DNA of 64,000 bases from Monocercomonoides exilis PA203 (taxonomy: Eukaryota; Protista; Preaxostyla): the NCBI GenBank assembly GCA_001643675.2, contig LSRY02000038.1:496001-560000 (forward strand), given 5' to 3'. The notes beneath the pieces were generated by a model. It had not been told where the DNA came from. It was given only the letters and a program-made list of their open reading frames with translations, and ran no database searches. Shown piece by piece: positions 14,009-27,229 of the stretch; within the stretch, counting starts at the first letter, position 1, and every line of letters starts with the position of its first letter. The position numbers and the translations under genes are program-made.

Positions 14009-14449
14009 TTGATATGTTGTTCTGTAAAAAAAAATACTTGAGAGAATCAATTTTTTTGAATATGAATAAAAATTCATTGTTATGAAAATGTTGAAAAACA
14101 ATCAGATTTGAATTGAAAGTTTACTTCAATTTCAGTCTCTTAAAAATTTTATTTGTTTTTTCATTTTATTTTAACTCTGATCCTTTGTGATTGTTTAAAC
14201 TTTGTATAAATGAAAAGTTATGAGCATCACAGCGATTTGCATTTTCCTTTTTGATTTTCTTCATCCCTTTTTTTATTAATATTTTGCTTTAAATTTATCT
14301 TTTTCTGTTTTTTCTTTCTCCTCTTCTCCTTCTTCTCCCTCTCCTTGTGTCGATATTGCTTCATCCAATTATTCATCTTCTGTCAACTCATTTCAAATAC
14401 TTCTGAAAAATTCTCCTTTTCTTCTTCTTCCATCAAAATTTTTGCATTT

Positions 14450-17400
14450 GGGAGAAAATTTTTGAAAAATCACCACAGATCAAAAAAAGATACCATAATA
14501 ATATTATTTTTCAATATTCACTTTTATAAAAATGCTTTCAGTTCGTTTTTTCTATGAGTTAAGTTTTATTGGAACATATCATGATAATGATTGAAGACAT
14601 AAATTAAAATTGAATTTTTATTGTATATTTTGATCAAAATAAATTATGATTTTATTGAAAAGAACGAATTCAAGAAGATATGAATTTCGAAAGAAAACTG
14701 ATTCACAGAATTTTCAAAAAACAGAGTGCTTTTCCAAAAACTGCAATTCAAGTGTGTTTCAGTTGATAACAATTTCTTTATTTTTGTATTTTGTATGTTT
14801 CAGATGAATTGTTTAATATGTTGTATAAATGTATGTCTTTTCTTTTGTGATAACTACAAACAAATCAATGCTTACGAAGAATTCTTGTATTTTCCATAAT
14901 TAGACCTCATCTCCAATTAATTTTCAAAGCATGTTAATCTACCCACAAACACATGTTTAATCCTCCAAAAGAATGTTTGCTCTTTTGATCTTATATTTTC
15001 AACTAATAATTCAAATTTTAACGTTTAGAAAGAATTCATCATTGCAGATCTGACTGCTTCGTCATCAGACTATTTCCTGTTGTCAGGAAAGAGCAAAAGA
15101 GAGCAAATTCATGATTGAGCCTTCAGGAACATATCAGTGAAATTAGACAATTTCAGTGATTGGAACGTTGAACATTCATGTTTGTTGAGTTCAATGGAGA
15201 ATAGCTTCATTTATTCTTCTGCTAATGTATTTAAAGGAGGTGTTTCAATTGGATCCTATTCTTCAGAGGAATTTATCAGCAAAAACACAACCACATTCTA
15301 CGGAAAAAGAGAAGTCAATCTTCAAAGAAAAGAACGAATGGACACGAATGTGAGCCAATCATTTTCTTCATGTGAATGGGTTGAATGCACTGCTCCACAA
15401 GGAGGAGCACTTAATGTTCATGAAAATGAAAATGCAACTTTGACTGTTGAGAATTCTTCATTTACAAGATGTTATGCTTCATCCACAAGAGGTGGAGGAA
15501 TATATGCTTTGAAAACTGCTGAATGCGTTGATATCCATTCGGTATTCGTCCAATGCGCAGCAGAAGAAACAACTGACTTTGGAGGCGGGGGAATTAATTT
15601 CGAAATTATATATTCACAGTCTATGGTTGAAGATTGCTTATTTAATAACTGTTCTGCTGCAAATGATGGAGGAGCATTATGTTACTTTAAAGTTAATTCT
15701 CAAAAACAAGAGAATTCCTTAACAAATTCATTCTTCAAATTTTGTCGATGCAATTCTTCACGAGATGGCACAGGAGGCGCCATTCTGAATTGGATCTGTA
15801 CGGATAAAATTATTTTCTCAAATTGCTTTTTACGTCATTGCTTTGCAATGTGTTGGGGGGGGGGGTGCTATTGCAATTGAAATAAATGCATATAATTATG
15901 GAACATTATTATTTTTCTGCTTTTTCCACAACAACACGTGTGGAAAAGTGGGAAACGATATTGCTCTACAAATATCGTCGTCAAATAACATTGATTCCAC
16001 CTGCTATTCAACCAGTAAAGCAACAAACAGAGTCTGTGCTAATTATCATTCAAACGTTGATCACAGTGAATGGCTTCACAATGATTTTGGAAATGTGAGA
16101 TTTGTTTCTTCAACTGATTCACAACCAAAAGGCATCGACACATATGCATATGGACTGGATGAATCTTATCCATGCAGCACGATCAGCCGTTGCCTCACTC
16201 AACTGATATCTGGGTTTGGAGAGGAAATCAAAGTGCTTTATGGAACAATTACTCAGGCCGTAAGCGTTGATGGTGGTATGCATTCAAACACAATATATGG
16301 AAAAGTGATTTGAGAACAACAATCAAAATTGAATTCGAAGCATCTGGGTTGTCTCTATTTTCAGTTTCAACAAGCGCATTGACTGTCAGAAACCTTGCAC
16401 TTGCGCACAGATTGGAAATTGCAGATAATTGCTACTCAAAGCTATTTGAGATAAGCAGTGCAGGAAATATACATATAAGCAGATTGAACGTATCTGCTGG
16501 AAGCGGACACTTTACGGAAACGGAATTTTCGACAGAACTGATAAATGTTCAGGGTGGAATATTGCATATGGAAAGCGTGAACTGGGTCAAAGCATACCCA
16601 CCACTTCGTTGATTTTGCTTTCTTGGACAAATGAAATTTCATCTTCTATTTCCGGCTGTGCTTTTGACGGGATAGAAAGAACAATTATGAATCATTTGAT
16701 AATTATTGGAACAGAAAGAAAAAAAAATAAACAGAACCATTAGTCAAATCAGAAAATGAATGAGAAGATGCTCTATCATTATTGCTATTGGTTGGCGTAT
16801 CAAGGCTGATTGGTGTGTTCCTCTCAAAGAAGTCAGGAGCCTTGAAGATCCAAATGCACAAAGTCAGAAGACGGAGTTCTGGAATGTGAAGCGGCACTTA
16901 CAGCGCAGCGCTGAAGGAAATAGTTACAATGGAAACCTCAATTCCAGCAAACAGAAGATATTGTTCTTATTGGAATGCTTGTAAGGAAGCAAGCGAAGAA
17001 ACACAAAATTCTGCTGCACACATCCGAAGAGAATTCCGTTTGTCCACAAACACTCAATGCGAAATTGAAAACATTTCAATCATCTTTTTCCAGTTGCATA
17101 ACCTCCTCAAATACTGCATAATCATATTTCTCCTCTGCCTCAATACCTGCTCCAAAATGCATAAATTCTCCATCTGACTTTAAACGTCCATTCCATATTC
17201 TCATTCATATTCGCTTCACGTTTTCTTCTCACAACCCTCTTCCCGGATCGCATTGGTTTCCATTTGATTTTTCTCATTCAGATGAAAAATTCGCCTTCTG
17301 CTGATTTGGAAAATATCGAGGAATCGCAAACTATTCCTCCTTTTTCCTCTGCCTCTTCTTTCTCTTTCAGCGCTGCAAGCTCCACCAGCATCCGCACCAT

Positions 17401-19602
17401 TTGGAGCAACTCTAACCACTCTTAATTCTTTGCCACAACCGATGACACAGAATTCACCTGCTGTTTCAACCAGATCTCAACCCTTGCACCAGCCTACACA
17501 CGCGAAAGCACAAGCACCCTGTCGTCCAGCTCCGGTTCAACAGCGTGAAGCGATGACGAACCTTTTTCACAACAGCTTTTTTCTCAGATGCTGTCAGAGG
17601 CGCTCACCGTTCATCAGCGCAGCATTCATTTGGTATCTGCAGGCACAGCGCGAAGAAGTCGTTGCGCTGGCGCTACTCAAGAACTGATACAAATGATAGA
17701 AAGCAGCACCCAAACAACCTGAACGCTGCCAGAAAGATCTGAAGCCACAGCTCTGGAAATGTCTGCGGATAACTCAAACAAAAGATACTCCATTTCATCT
17801 AGTTCTAATTTTATATAAGCTGCCTCTGATAAAGGAGAAGAAGAAGTTGATGCATCCCCTGAACTTATGGGATCAAAAGGAATCTTCTTCGCATTTTTTG
17901 CATCTCTGCTTTTGCCTTGAAGAAATTCAACAAAAACACCAAAAATACGGATGATTGAGATTTCATTTTATTTGACTGCAATCCCTCAAACTTCATCTTC
18001 TTCTGCTTCTCAATCCCCACGTCAATCAGTTCCGCCTTCTCCTTCCTCTCCACCAGCTGCTCCTGCAGCTCCTTCGCCTCCTTCTCTTCTGAGTTGCACT
18101 TCTCGCTCAGGTCCAGAATCCTCAACTGCTGCATCAAGATGATCTTGTCTATCTCCTCCAGCAACTCTATCAGTCTGCCAATCCGCTTCACTTCATTCAC
18201 CCACTATTCTCCTTTTTCTTCATCTGCTCCTCATCCTTTTCCTACTTCTTCTTTTCCTTTCCATTCTCTTCCTATTTCTTCCTTGTATTTTGCCAGTGTG
18301 ATAGCTGCTGGAGATAAAACCGCATCCTCCATCCTCAACCTCGCCTTTCTCCATCGACTTCTCCACAGCTTCTTCCTCGCATAACATTGTACTATCTATC
18401 GCCCAATCACCTCATCATCAATCTTAATTATAAAGCGCATCGGCTGCAGTGATAAAAACTCCATCAACACAATCGCAGATGGAAGCGGCGAATAGACAAA
18501 CAGATCAAAGATCGATGGTAACGCATTCACGTCTGCCGCTGCAAAGATTCGCTTGCTCCTGGACTTCTTTCCCACATACGCTGCAAGCGACGGGAGCGGC
18601 CCCACCAGCGGAACGGAAAGCATCGCTGAAAGCGCCACATGGGAAGCACACAACACCCCCATACAGCACCCCCCTCCGCGCCACAATATATCCCCGCAGC
18701 GCACGTGGAGACAGCACCAGCATGTGCCGCATACACTCCCCAGCCGCCTCGGACACCACAAACTTCAGTCGCCTTTAGATATCATCCATTGAAGCTGCCG
18801 ACAGTTTTTTTGCATCCACAGCCGATATATAAGACGGATCAATAGCAGGTATATTTACAATAAATACTTATTCCCTTCTTCTTCTTTTATTGGGATTTCG
18901 AATAGGGAAGAATGTGTGTATTATGCACTTGCTACTCCAATTAAAGAAAACAATGAAAGTCATAACAAATGAAAAAAAATTGCAGTTTTTTGTGTGAAAA
19001 CAGTTTTGAAAATACACTTAGTATTCATTTTCATTCCTTTATTGTCTCATTTTCAAAGGCAAATTGGAACTCAGAGTATCAATCATTAATTGTGTTATTT
19101 TTTTGCTTGAATATTCAACGATCATTAATTTCTTTAAAGTTCAAATGCAAATAAGTTTTTTTCAAATTGTCTAAGTGCACTTTTTGTTTCATTGAAAGCC
19201 TCAAAGTTGAAAAACATAAAAAATTACTGTTTTTTAACAAACGGATATGAAGCTAACAAAAAATCTATTTATTTTCTCAATGAAGTTATATTAATGATTA
19301 TTGTTGTTATTCAAATAAAAGATAAGAAAAAATCATCGCATTGTAAAAGATAAATGGAAAAACTCATAATTTTCGTGATTCAGACAAATAAGAAGAAAAT
19401 GCAATAGAATACTTCAATTATTGTGTTCTTCACTTCATGTTAACAAAGTATATTGAAAATAATAAAACGTCAAACTCTTCAATAGAGTAAAAAATAGTTA
19501 ATAAATTATAAATGAAAAAATTACGGTTAACAAATATATCCATCTGATTTTTTGTGGGACAGATCAGGCTAAAAAAAAGTGATTTTTCAAAAATTTTCAC
19601 CC
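14450..19602. mobile_element. Non-autonomous TIR element A (GGGAGAAAATTTTTGAAAAATCAC...GTGATTTTTCAAAAATTTTCACCC) with host-gene cargo
   Basis: 24-bp TIR with 1 mismatch and ATTT on both sides (14446-14449, 19603-19606). Rejoining the flanks gives a continuous minus-strand reading RRIEKCKK/CKNFDGRRRK. Confidence 0.7.
15137..16612 (+). pseudogene. Fragment of a Cys/Gly-rich beta-helix-like surface protein gene (cargo of element A)
   Basis: Repeated GGA/GGG + F..C motifs, FCFFHNN and GLDESYPCSTI resemble the N-terminal third of 51833..60259. Frameshift in a G-run near 15855-15865 and further stops. Confidence 0.8.
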
Positions 19603-19864
19603 ATTTCTTACATTTTTCTATTCTTCTTCTTTCACCTCCAGCATTTGAAAAATGTTGCATGAAGGTTATCAAAAGAATTGGAAGAGCTGATAGATGAGCC
19701 ATGAAGGATGGAGCAAAGTGTGTCGGCTGCTCAAAAAAGGCTGCTGTCGAGATAGCAGCAGCAACATGTTTGTGACAAATTAATTTTCTATCTTTATTTC
19801 TTTTCTAACTCTTCCATGTCATATTTATTTTCTACTTTTATATTTCTCTTTCTTTTTGTATATT

Positions 19865-22800
19865 GGTAGAAAATTTTTGAAAAATCACTTTTTTTTAGCC
19901 TGATCTGTCCCACATTAAATCCAAGACATATTTTTGTTAACCGTAATTATTTCTCTTTCCATTTACTCATTCATTTTTTTCAAACTTAAGCATTTGATTC
20001 TTTCCTTTTTTAAATTTTTATCATTGATATTATCTTTATGTTACAATAATTGAAGTTTATTTGTTATTTTTGTTGTTAAAAAATTGCAACACATTCAACT
20101 AGAATTTTCTTCTGTAACTTTTTTGACTAAATGAATTTCACATATCAATTGTTTGAATTATTAAAATCATTATCTATCTAATCTCATTATGCAAATTTTC
20201 AATTTGATAAATGTTTTATATACGTTAATTTTCAAATTTTCAAAAAATCAGTTTTTCGACTTTAACACTTTTTTTGAATCCAAAAACACACGACAATAAT
20301 ATTAATAGAACTTATTTGTATTTTGACAAAAAAAAACAATTGAAGATTTTTATGCATTTAAGTAAAAACAAATAAGAATTAATAAATGATATGTAGAGTT
20401 CTTATTTATCTTTGAGATAAATAATGAAAAGAAAGTCAGAATGAATTATTTGTTTATCCTTTTCTTATCTTCATATCACTATTGACTCCTTCGTTTTTTT
20501 AACTTTCATCATCTTCTCCAATACATCCAGCTCATAGATCAGCTTTTTCATTGAAGGAGAATGAAGTGTAGATGCAGAGTGGAACTCCCTGGAAGAACGA
20601 GGAGATGGTGGAAGAGCTGGTGGCAATGAAGAAGAAGACAGAGCTGATTGATGAGGGGATTGAGAAGGAGAAGAAGCTGCGGACACAGCAGAGCGGGGTG
20701 GTGAGTGGGGATAGAGCGGGTTCGCTGGTGAGTTCGATGTCGTAGTTTGCCTCGTCTTCTTTGCCAGTTTTTGTGTGTGGAAGGATGGTTCCGTCTTCAG
20801 CTAAATTGATCTTGCCTTCGGAGTTGCATGAAAAGTTTCAGGAAAAGTTTTCCGCGAGCATCGGAGATCGTGACACTGTGATGATTGGGCTAGACGAAAG
20901 AAAGAAGGAGCTTTCTGTGAAAGTGGAAAGTGGGGCAAGTGTTGAAGGAGAAGCAAACAGCTGTGGGTAAGGAGGAGGCTGAAGTGAGGGTAAGAGATCT
21001 TTGATCAGCGAGAGATCTGAGAAGAACAGCTTTAGGTCCAATGGTGGTGGTTGTGGTATTGGATGTTAAGGAGGAGTGGATGTAATTGTGAGGCAGAAGA
21101 TAAACAAGACGGAGAAGGAAACGAAGATGCTGATGATGCTGTCTCTGCGAATCTTCAGTGATGAGAACTAGCTGCGGCGGTTCTGCATGTCGTCGTTTGA
21201 ATCGGTGCTGGAGGTGTTCCAGAGCAACGATTTCTTCATGTTGTGCGTAATGCATGCAGATGTATGCGAAGCTTCCAACTGCAGATCTCTTCCATTCCTA
21301 CCATGGAACAGCTCAGTTGCAAAGATGGCTAACCGGCGCTGGATGATCAGGTGCAGGTGCTTTCTGTGGTATCAGCGGGGGTGTTTGCGTGGGTAACGGT
21401 GCGGGTATCTGCAGGGGCAGGTGCATGTGCAGGAGCAGGGCTGAAGCGGCTGGTGAAGGCGGTGCAGACATCAGTGGGGAGGAAAGAAGGGCGGAATACG
21501 CTGTTCCAGAAGGCGCAGCTGCAGGCGGTGCATGTGAAGCTGCAGCTGGTGAAGAACGAGATGGAAGTGGCAATCTGCTTTCGGGTGCTGCTTGTATACG
21601 GGAGGCAAGTGATGCAGTTTCACGAGACAATAGCATTGAAGAGGGAAGAGAAGCCACATTTTTTTATGTATCACAATTATTTGCTTCTTTAGCGCAACAC
21701 TTATAAGTTCTGAGTTCAATGGAGATGGCAATCAACAACATGCTCCTGTCCTTTGAGAGTGCATTGGATGTGATCGATCCTTCGATTTCGCAGCAAACAT
21801 CGTCATCGGCGTTATCATCCTCCTCCTCGTCGTCTTCTTTTTCTTCCTCTTTCTCTTCTTCTTCCTTTTCTTTCATTTATTCCTTTCTTTTGACTCATCT
21901 TCAAATATCCCTCTAAATTATGTTTTCACTTTTCACTTTTTCTTCCATTTCACCCAAGTCGTCTCATTCAGTCAAATGATAATAAATATCTTCTTCTTCC
22001 CATCAAATGGCATAATGAAACTTGAAGGACATCAATGAAACCTTAAAAATATTCATTTATTTTTATTATTCTGTTCTTTAAGTTAACAGTTTTATAGAGT
22101 ATAGTTTATATGTCTGAAACAAATGGATAAATTGACGATGAAGTTTTTTAAAAGTGAAAAAAATAGCAGAACCTTAAAGAGTTACAAACACACTCAATTT
22201 ATTATCCTCAATTTTCGTCTCTTTTTCGTTATAAATGCATTCATTCGTTAGGTGTCTTTGCAATAATACTCATTTTTTATTCAGAAAAGTTTTATTTCGA
22301 GAGAATTTTTAATTTGAAAATTTCAGATCAAAGTGATCATAGGATCAATATTTTTTGTTTTTTAAATTTACTTACTCAATTTCAAGTTTTTTTGAATTTT
22401 TTTCATGCTTTCGTAACAAAGGGATTATAATTAACTTATATAACTTCTATTTTTTCTTGGAATGATTAAATTGTGAAAAATAACTGATGTGCTTTTAGTT
22501 GCAGTATGCCCATCAAATATCTTTTTCCTCTCAGCTTTTCGTTTTATTTCTTCTTCTGCCATATCATCGATTTTTGTTTCCCTTTTTTTTAGCTTTTAAC
22601 AAGATTCATCGTTAATACATTCCAATACCTTTATAAAAACATCTTTCTTTCCTTTCTTTTGTATTATTCACCTGTTCTTTCCTCTATACGCCTTTCCAAT
22701 TATTATATCCTGACTTTTTTAGTCTATCCAATACGCACTCTTTCCATATTCCTTGTTTAACCATTGTCATTAAACATCCTTGCAAAATCTTAATAACATT

Positions 22801-23824
22801 AAAAATGCAATGAATGAAAAGTTGCATATTCAAAAATATGTCCATGCCTTTTTTCAACGATTGTTCTTTATTAACTTTCTTCTTTTTTTCTTTTCCAAAT
22901 ATTCCTTTTTTCGAAAAACAAATCCCATCTGTCCCGTCTTCACTTCCTTTTCGCTCCAGGAAAAAAAATCCAAAACCTTGTACGAAGTTCTGCTTGCAAT
23001 TTAGAAACTTCACAAATTCCATTCAAAAAAAACTAACGAGGAAGAAGAGGAGGAGGAAGTGTAAGTTGTCGAATTGGCGGAAGAAGTGAAAGTTGCAGAA
23101 CACGTTGAAAGTGGTGACCAGAATGAATGAAATGAAGCTTAAGAAGAAAAAGAAGAGACGAGATTGTTGTCGTACTGTTTGCAGAAGAGTCAAATTTAAC
23201 ACAGCGAAATTTATTGACATACTTTTGTAACAAAAAAGGAAACTGAAGTTACGAAAATAATGAGAGTATCCGGAATAACCTTTAAATCTTTTGTTGCCCA
23301 CACAAATTGCAAAGAAGAAAATGCAATTGCCATTCTTTTTAATAATGGTGAATTGGTATAATTGAAATGAAAGAATTTTTTGCAGGATACGTTTCTGGCT
23401 GAAACATTTAATAAATGTTAAATTTCTTTGAATGAATTAGTTTTTATTTGACACGATTGTTGGATAGCATTTATTTTCTACGCAATTCATACTGGGAAAA
23501 ATTATAGAATTGAATAAAAGTAAATTTTGTGCAAACCTGCAGATTGTTCGATATGAAATCTCATGTTTAAATGAAATTCAAAATATCTTGATTTGATATA
23601 TGTTCTTTTCTCAAAGCAAATATATGCGAGTTGAGAAAAAACTGATTTATTTTGATCGTTTGCATTTTTTTTTTAATTTTTTAAAATTTCTTTTCCAGGG
23701 GGAAAAAATTAACTTTTGATGAAAAATGAAGTTAACTGTTGATTTAAATAATTTTCTTTGAACTTCACTAACTATAATGGTTTTATTTTTTTGATCTGTT
23801 GTGATTTTTCAAAAATTATCACCC
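19865..23824. mobile_element. Non-autonomous TIR element B, same family as A, opposite orientation
   Basis: Left end (19865-~20450) is the inverse of A's right end (~19020-19602). Right end GATCTGTTGTGATTTTTCAAAAATTATCACCC is the inverse of A's left end. Interior differs from A. TSD ambiguous (TATT or ATAT versus ATAT). Confidence 0.6.
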
Positions 23825-23999
23825 ATATAATTCTTTTCTTTCTTTTTCTCTCTCTTCCCAATTTGATTCCCATTTCTTTGTATTCGTGTCAATTCAGAAT
23901 AAAGTGTATGCGAGTTCGTTTATTCAAATCAGTTTCAATGCATAACGCTTTTCTTTGCAATTATTTGTAGATTTCTCTTCACTATTATAATATTTTCTT

Positions 24000-25110
24000 C
24001 CATATTTCTATTTCACTTCTCATCTTCTCTCTTCTCTCTTCTTCTGTTCTCTTCTCCATCTTCTCTTCTCTATCTTTTTCATCTCCTTTTCCTCTTCCTC
24101 TTCCTCTTCATCTTCATCTTTTCCTTCTTTTTCTCCTCATCCCCAACTACACCTAGCGCATTGCCACTGCACTTCGCACTCTCCACATCTCCAACTCCAC
24201 CGCTGCTCCGGTTTCTAGTGTAAATTACGTTCCTCCTCCTCTTCCTCTTCCGCCGCGTGATTTTGTTTCTTCCGCGCCTTCACTTACAGAGCATGGATAG
24301 AGGATAGAGGATAGAGGAAAGAGGAAAGAGGAAAGATGGAAAGGGAAAGGGAAGAAGGTGAAGAAGGAGAAGAGAGAGAGTGAAGAAGGAGGAAGAAGAG
24401 GAAGAAGAAGAAGTGGTGGAGGTGAAGGAGGAGGAGTTGAGTTAGAGAATGGAGATTTAAATTTTTATTATTTGTGTTTTGATGAAGAAAGAATAGGAGA
24501 AGGATATAATGATGATGAGGAAGAGGAAGAAGAAAATGAAGATGCCATTTTTTTGCTTTGTGAAATGGAAAACAGAGAAAATGGCAGATTTGGAGAAGAA
24601 ACAGAAGATGAAGGAGAAGAGAAAAAGAATAGAAACAGAGGGAGGAAGAATATATGTGGGAAGAAGAGGGAAGAGGAACGAGAAGGGGGAGAGAATGAGA
24701 ATAAAAAGGAAAAGAAATTTTTCATTGAAAATTCTCTTTCTGAGTTAATTCACTTCACAAACAGTCAAAAACCTCATTCACACACATCAACACAGCCAGC
24801 TTCTATCAAAAACATATCAAATGTTTTCACTTCGCCTTCTTCTTCCTCTTCCTCTTCCTCTTCTTCTACTACTGCAACTACTTCTTTTTTTTCCTCTTCC
24901 TCTTCTTCCTTTTTCTCCTTTTCTTCTTTCTTATTTTCAACTCCTTTATCTTTTTCATCTTCTGAATTTTTTTCTTCCTCTTCTCATCAACAGCCACTAA
25001 CTCCACAAACTGAATTATTTTCGATTGACTGTGCTGACAGAACAGCAAATCGAATAATCCTTGCTGAAGACAAAGGAGAAAAAGATGTATCTCATTATAA
25101 ACAACTATGA
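24000..25110. repeat. Low-complexity purine/pyrimidine-skewed tract including (GGA[T/A]AGA)n at ~24295-24335; ORF 24358..25110 is probably compositional
   Basis: TCT/GAA-rich runs; the translation is largely poly-E/S/F with no recognisable domain. Confidence 0.55.
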
Positions 25111-27229
25111 AAGTGAATAATTGTGATGGAAGGAGAATAAGGGAATAGAAGAAATGTGTTCAAGATAAGTCAAAGCAGAAAAAACAAACAAAAAAAAAAA
25201 AAAAAAAGAACTGGATGCTCCTTTGTCAAACTGTTCTTCAACTGTTGCTGAGAGCCAAAGAAAGAGAAAAATTGAGAGAGAAAGGGACATATTTTGAAGA
25301 AGAGTCGAAGAAAAACAGTTTTGTTTTTCGAAATTTATTGCTTGAAGAACAAATGATATCGTTGCAATTGGGGAGGATGGAAGCAATAATGGAGGGAGGG
25401 GAGAGAAAGAGTGAATGAGTGAGAGTGAGAGTCAAAGATGAAGAAGATTCTAATTATGATAACGCAAACACATAAGAGCAAGAGTCTTAGGGAAGAACGT
25501 TGAACAAGAAGCATTATTCATTTCAATTTGAACAGTTTCAAGAAAAGTTGATTGAAGAAAGCAACAAGAATTTTTATCTTTTGTAGCATAATCCTCAAAC
25601 CAATCTTCATCACGACCAATTGAATTCGAGGAAGCTGAATGTTGAGGTATCCATATACCTTGCTATTTTGTGATTTCTTCTTCTTCTTCTCCAGATAGAC
25701 ATTTGCTGTCACGTGTTCAAATGCAACTCACATCACAAACATAGCAGAACCTCCTTTGATTTTCCCCAATCATCATCTTCCTCTTCTTCCTCTTCCTCAT
25801 TCTTATCAATTTCTTTTTCGACATTTTTTATTATTTTCCTTCTCCATCGACTTTTTCTGATTTTTGGGCTTCTTCTTCACGTTCATTTCTAACTTCTTCA
25901 TAATAACCAAAAACATCATTTTACACTTTTTCATAATCATTGCTCGCTTCATTCGATCGGATTTCTTCATTTTTGGCATGTGATTAAGATATTTTTTTGA
26001 ATAAAGATGGCATTTTGAAGAAAAAAAAAACTGGTTGAAGATGAGAAGATGATTGTTAAGTGAATAAAGAGAATGAAGATAAAGAGAAAGATAAATTTAT
26101 AAAAGACAGAATATTATGAATGGAAATCGGATAGGAAAAAAATTGAAGAGATTTCAAAAGAAAAAAGTGCAAAATGGAAAAGATGAAAAGTTTGAAGAGA
26201 AAACGATGATGAACCAGAACAGAGTTCGACAACACAGCAAGAAGCAGTTCGTTGAATATCTGAATCATTCTATCAGTTACTACATTCATTGCAGCCTTTA
26301 AGCACAGATACGAAGAGCGAGGAAGGGAGCTGAAAGTCAGTGCTCCGATGATCTCATCCGTAGTTGAAAATCCACTAATAAAAGCCCGGGAAAGTGCAGT
26401 CTACTTTCCAAAGCGATTTTATGTTGAGTACTGCGGAGCATGAGCAGATGAGGTTGCTGTATATGGAGTGGTTATTCTGCATAGCGCTGCTATTGTCGGA
26501 GAGTTGAAAGATGAAGACGTGAACACAACTTCAAAGCTTGCCTAGAGAGATGGTAGTGAAGATGGAACGCATCACACTAAAGGAGCTTAATGACTGATTC
26601 AACAATAAAAGATGAGAATGACAACGCTGAAACCACCAATGTCGAGATCTGTTGCAATGAGATGCTTTGGGGAGCAGCTGGAGCAATTGTCGAACACGAG
26701 CAGAGGCTGGAAAAACGGATAGCAGAGGTGTTGATGCATGGGAGAAAGAGGAATGAAGCGAGGAGAGCATTGAGAGGGATGAAGTTTAAGAGTATAAACA
26801 AGAAAAAGGGAGAAATGAGTCTTAAGGAAAAAGCAAGAGATATGCTGAGATGGCAGAAGACGTAAGAGTGGGTGGATGAGAAGGAGGAGTGGAAGGAGAA
26901 GTGGCAGTGGGTGGGGATGCAGGTGTAGAGAAAGGCAACAACAGCAGAGCATCTGAGGAGGAAGACATCTGGATATATTAAAAAGACGAGGAAGAGGATG
27001 GAAGATAGAGAGAGAGAGAAAGATGAAAAAGTGCAAGTGAAGATTTTCGTTTGATGGAAGCTTTTTTTGTACAAAAAATGAAAATTCACAAATTGTGTTG
27101 TTTTATTTATTAAATAGTGATACAGTCAAAACCGGATATAATCACATCGGTTTTTTCACGACTTTTTGTGACTATATCCGATTGTGATAATATACGATGC
27201 TGCTTATCACAGAAAAAAATAAAATTTAA

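Noticed and set aside
15855-15865. G-run frameshift as a phase-variation switch
   Set aside because: The fragment has further stops and lacks a clear start and TM. Homopolymer error or decay is simpler.
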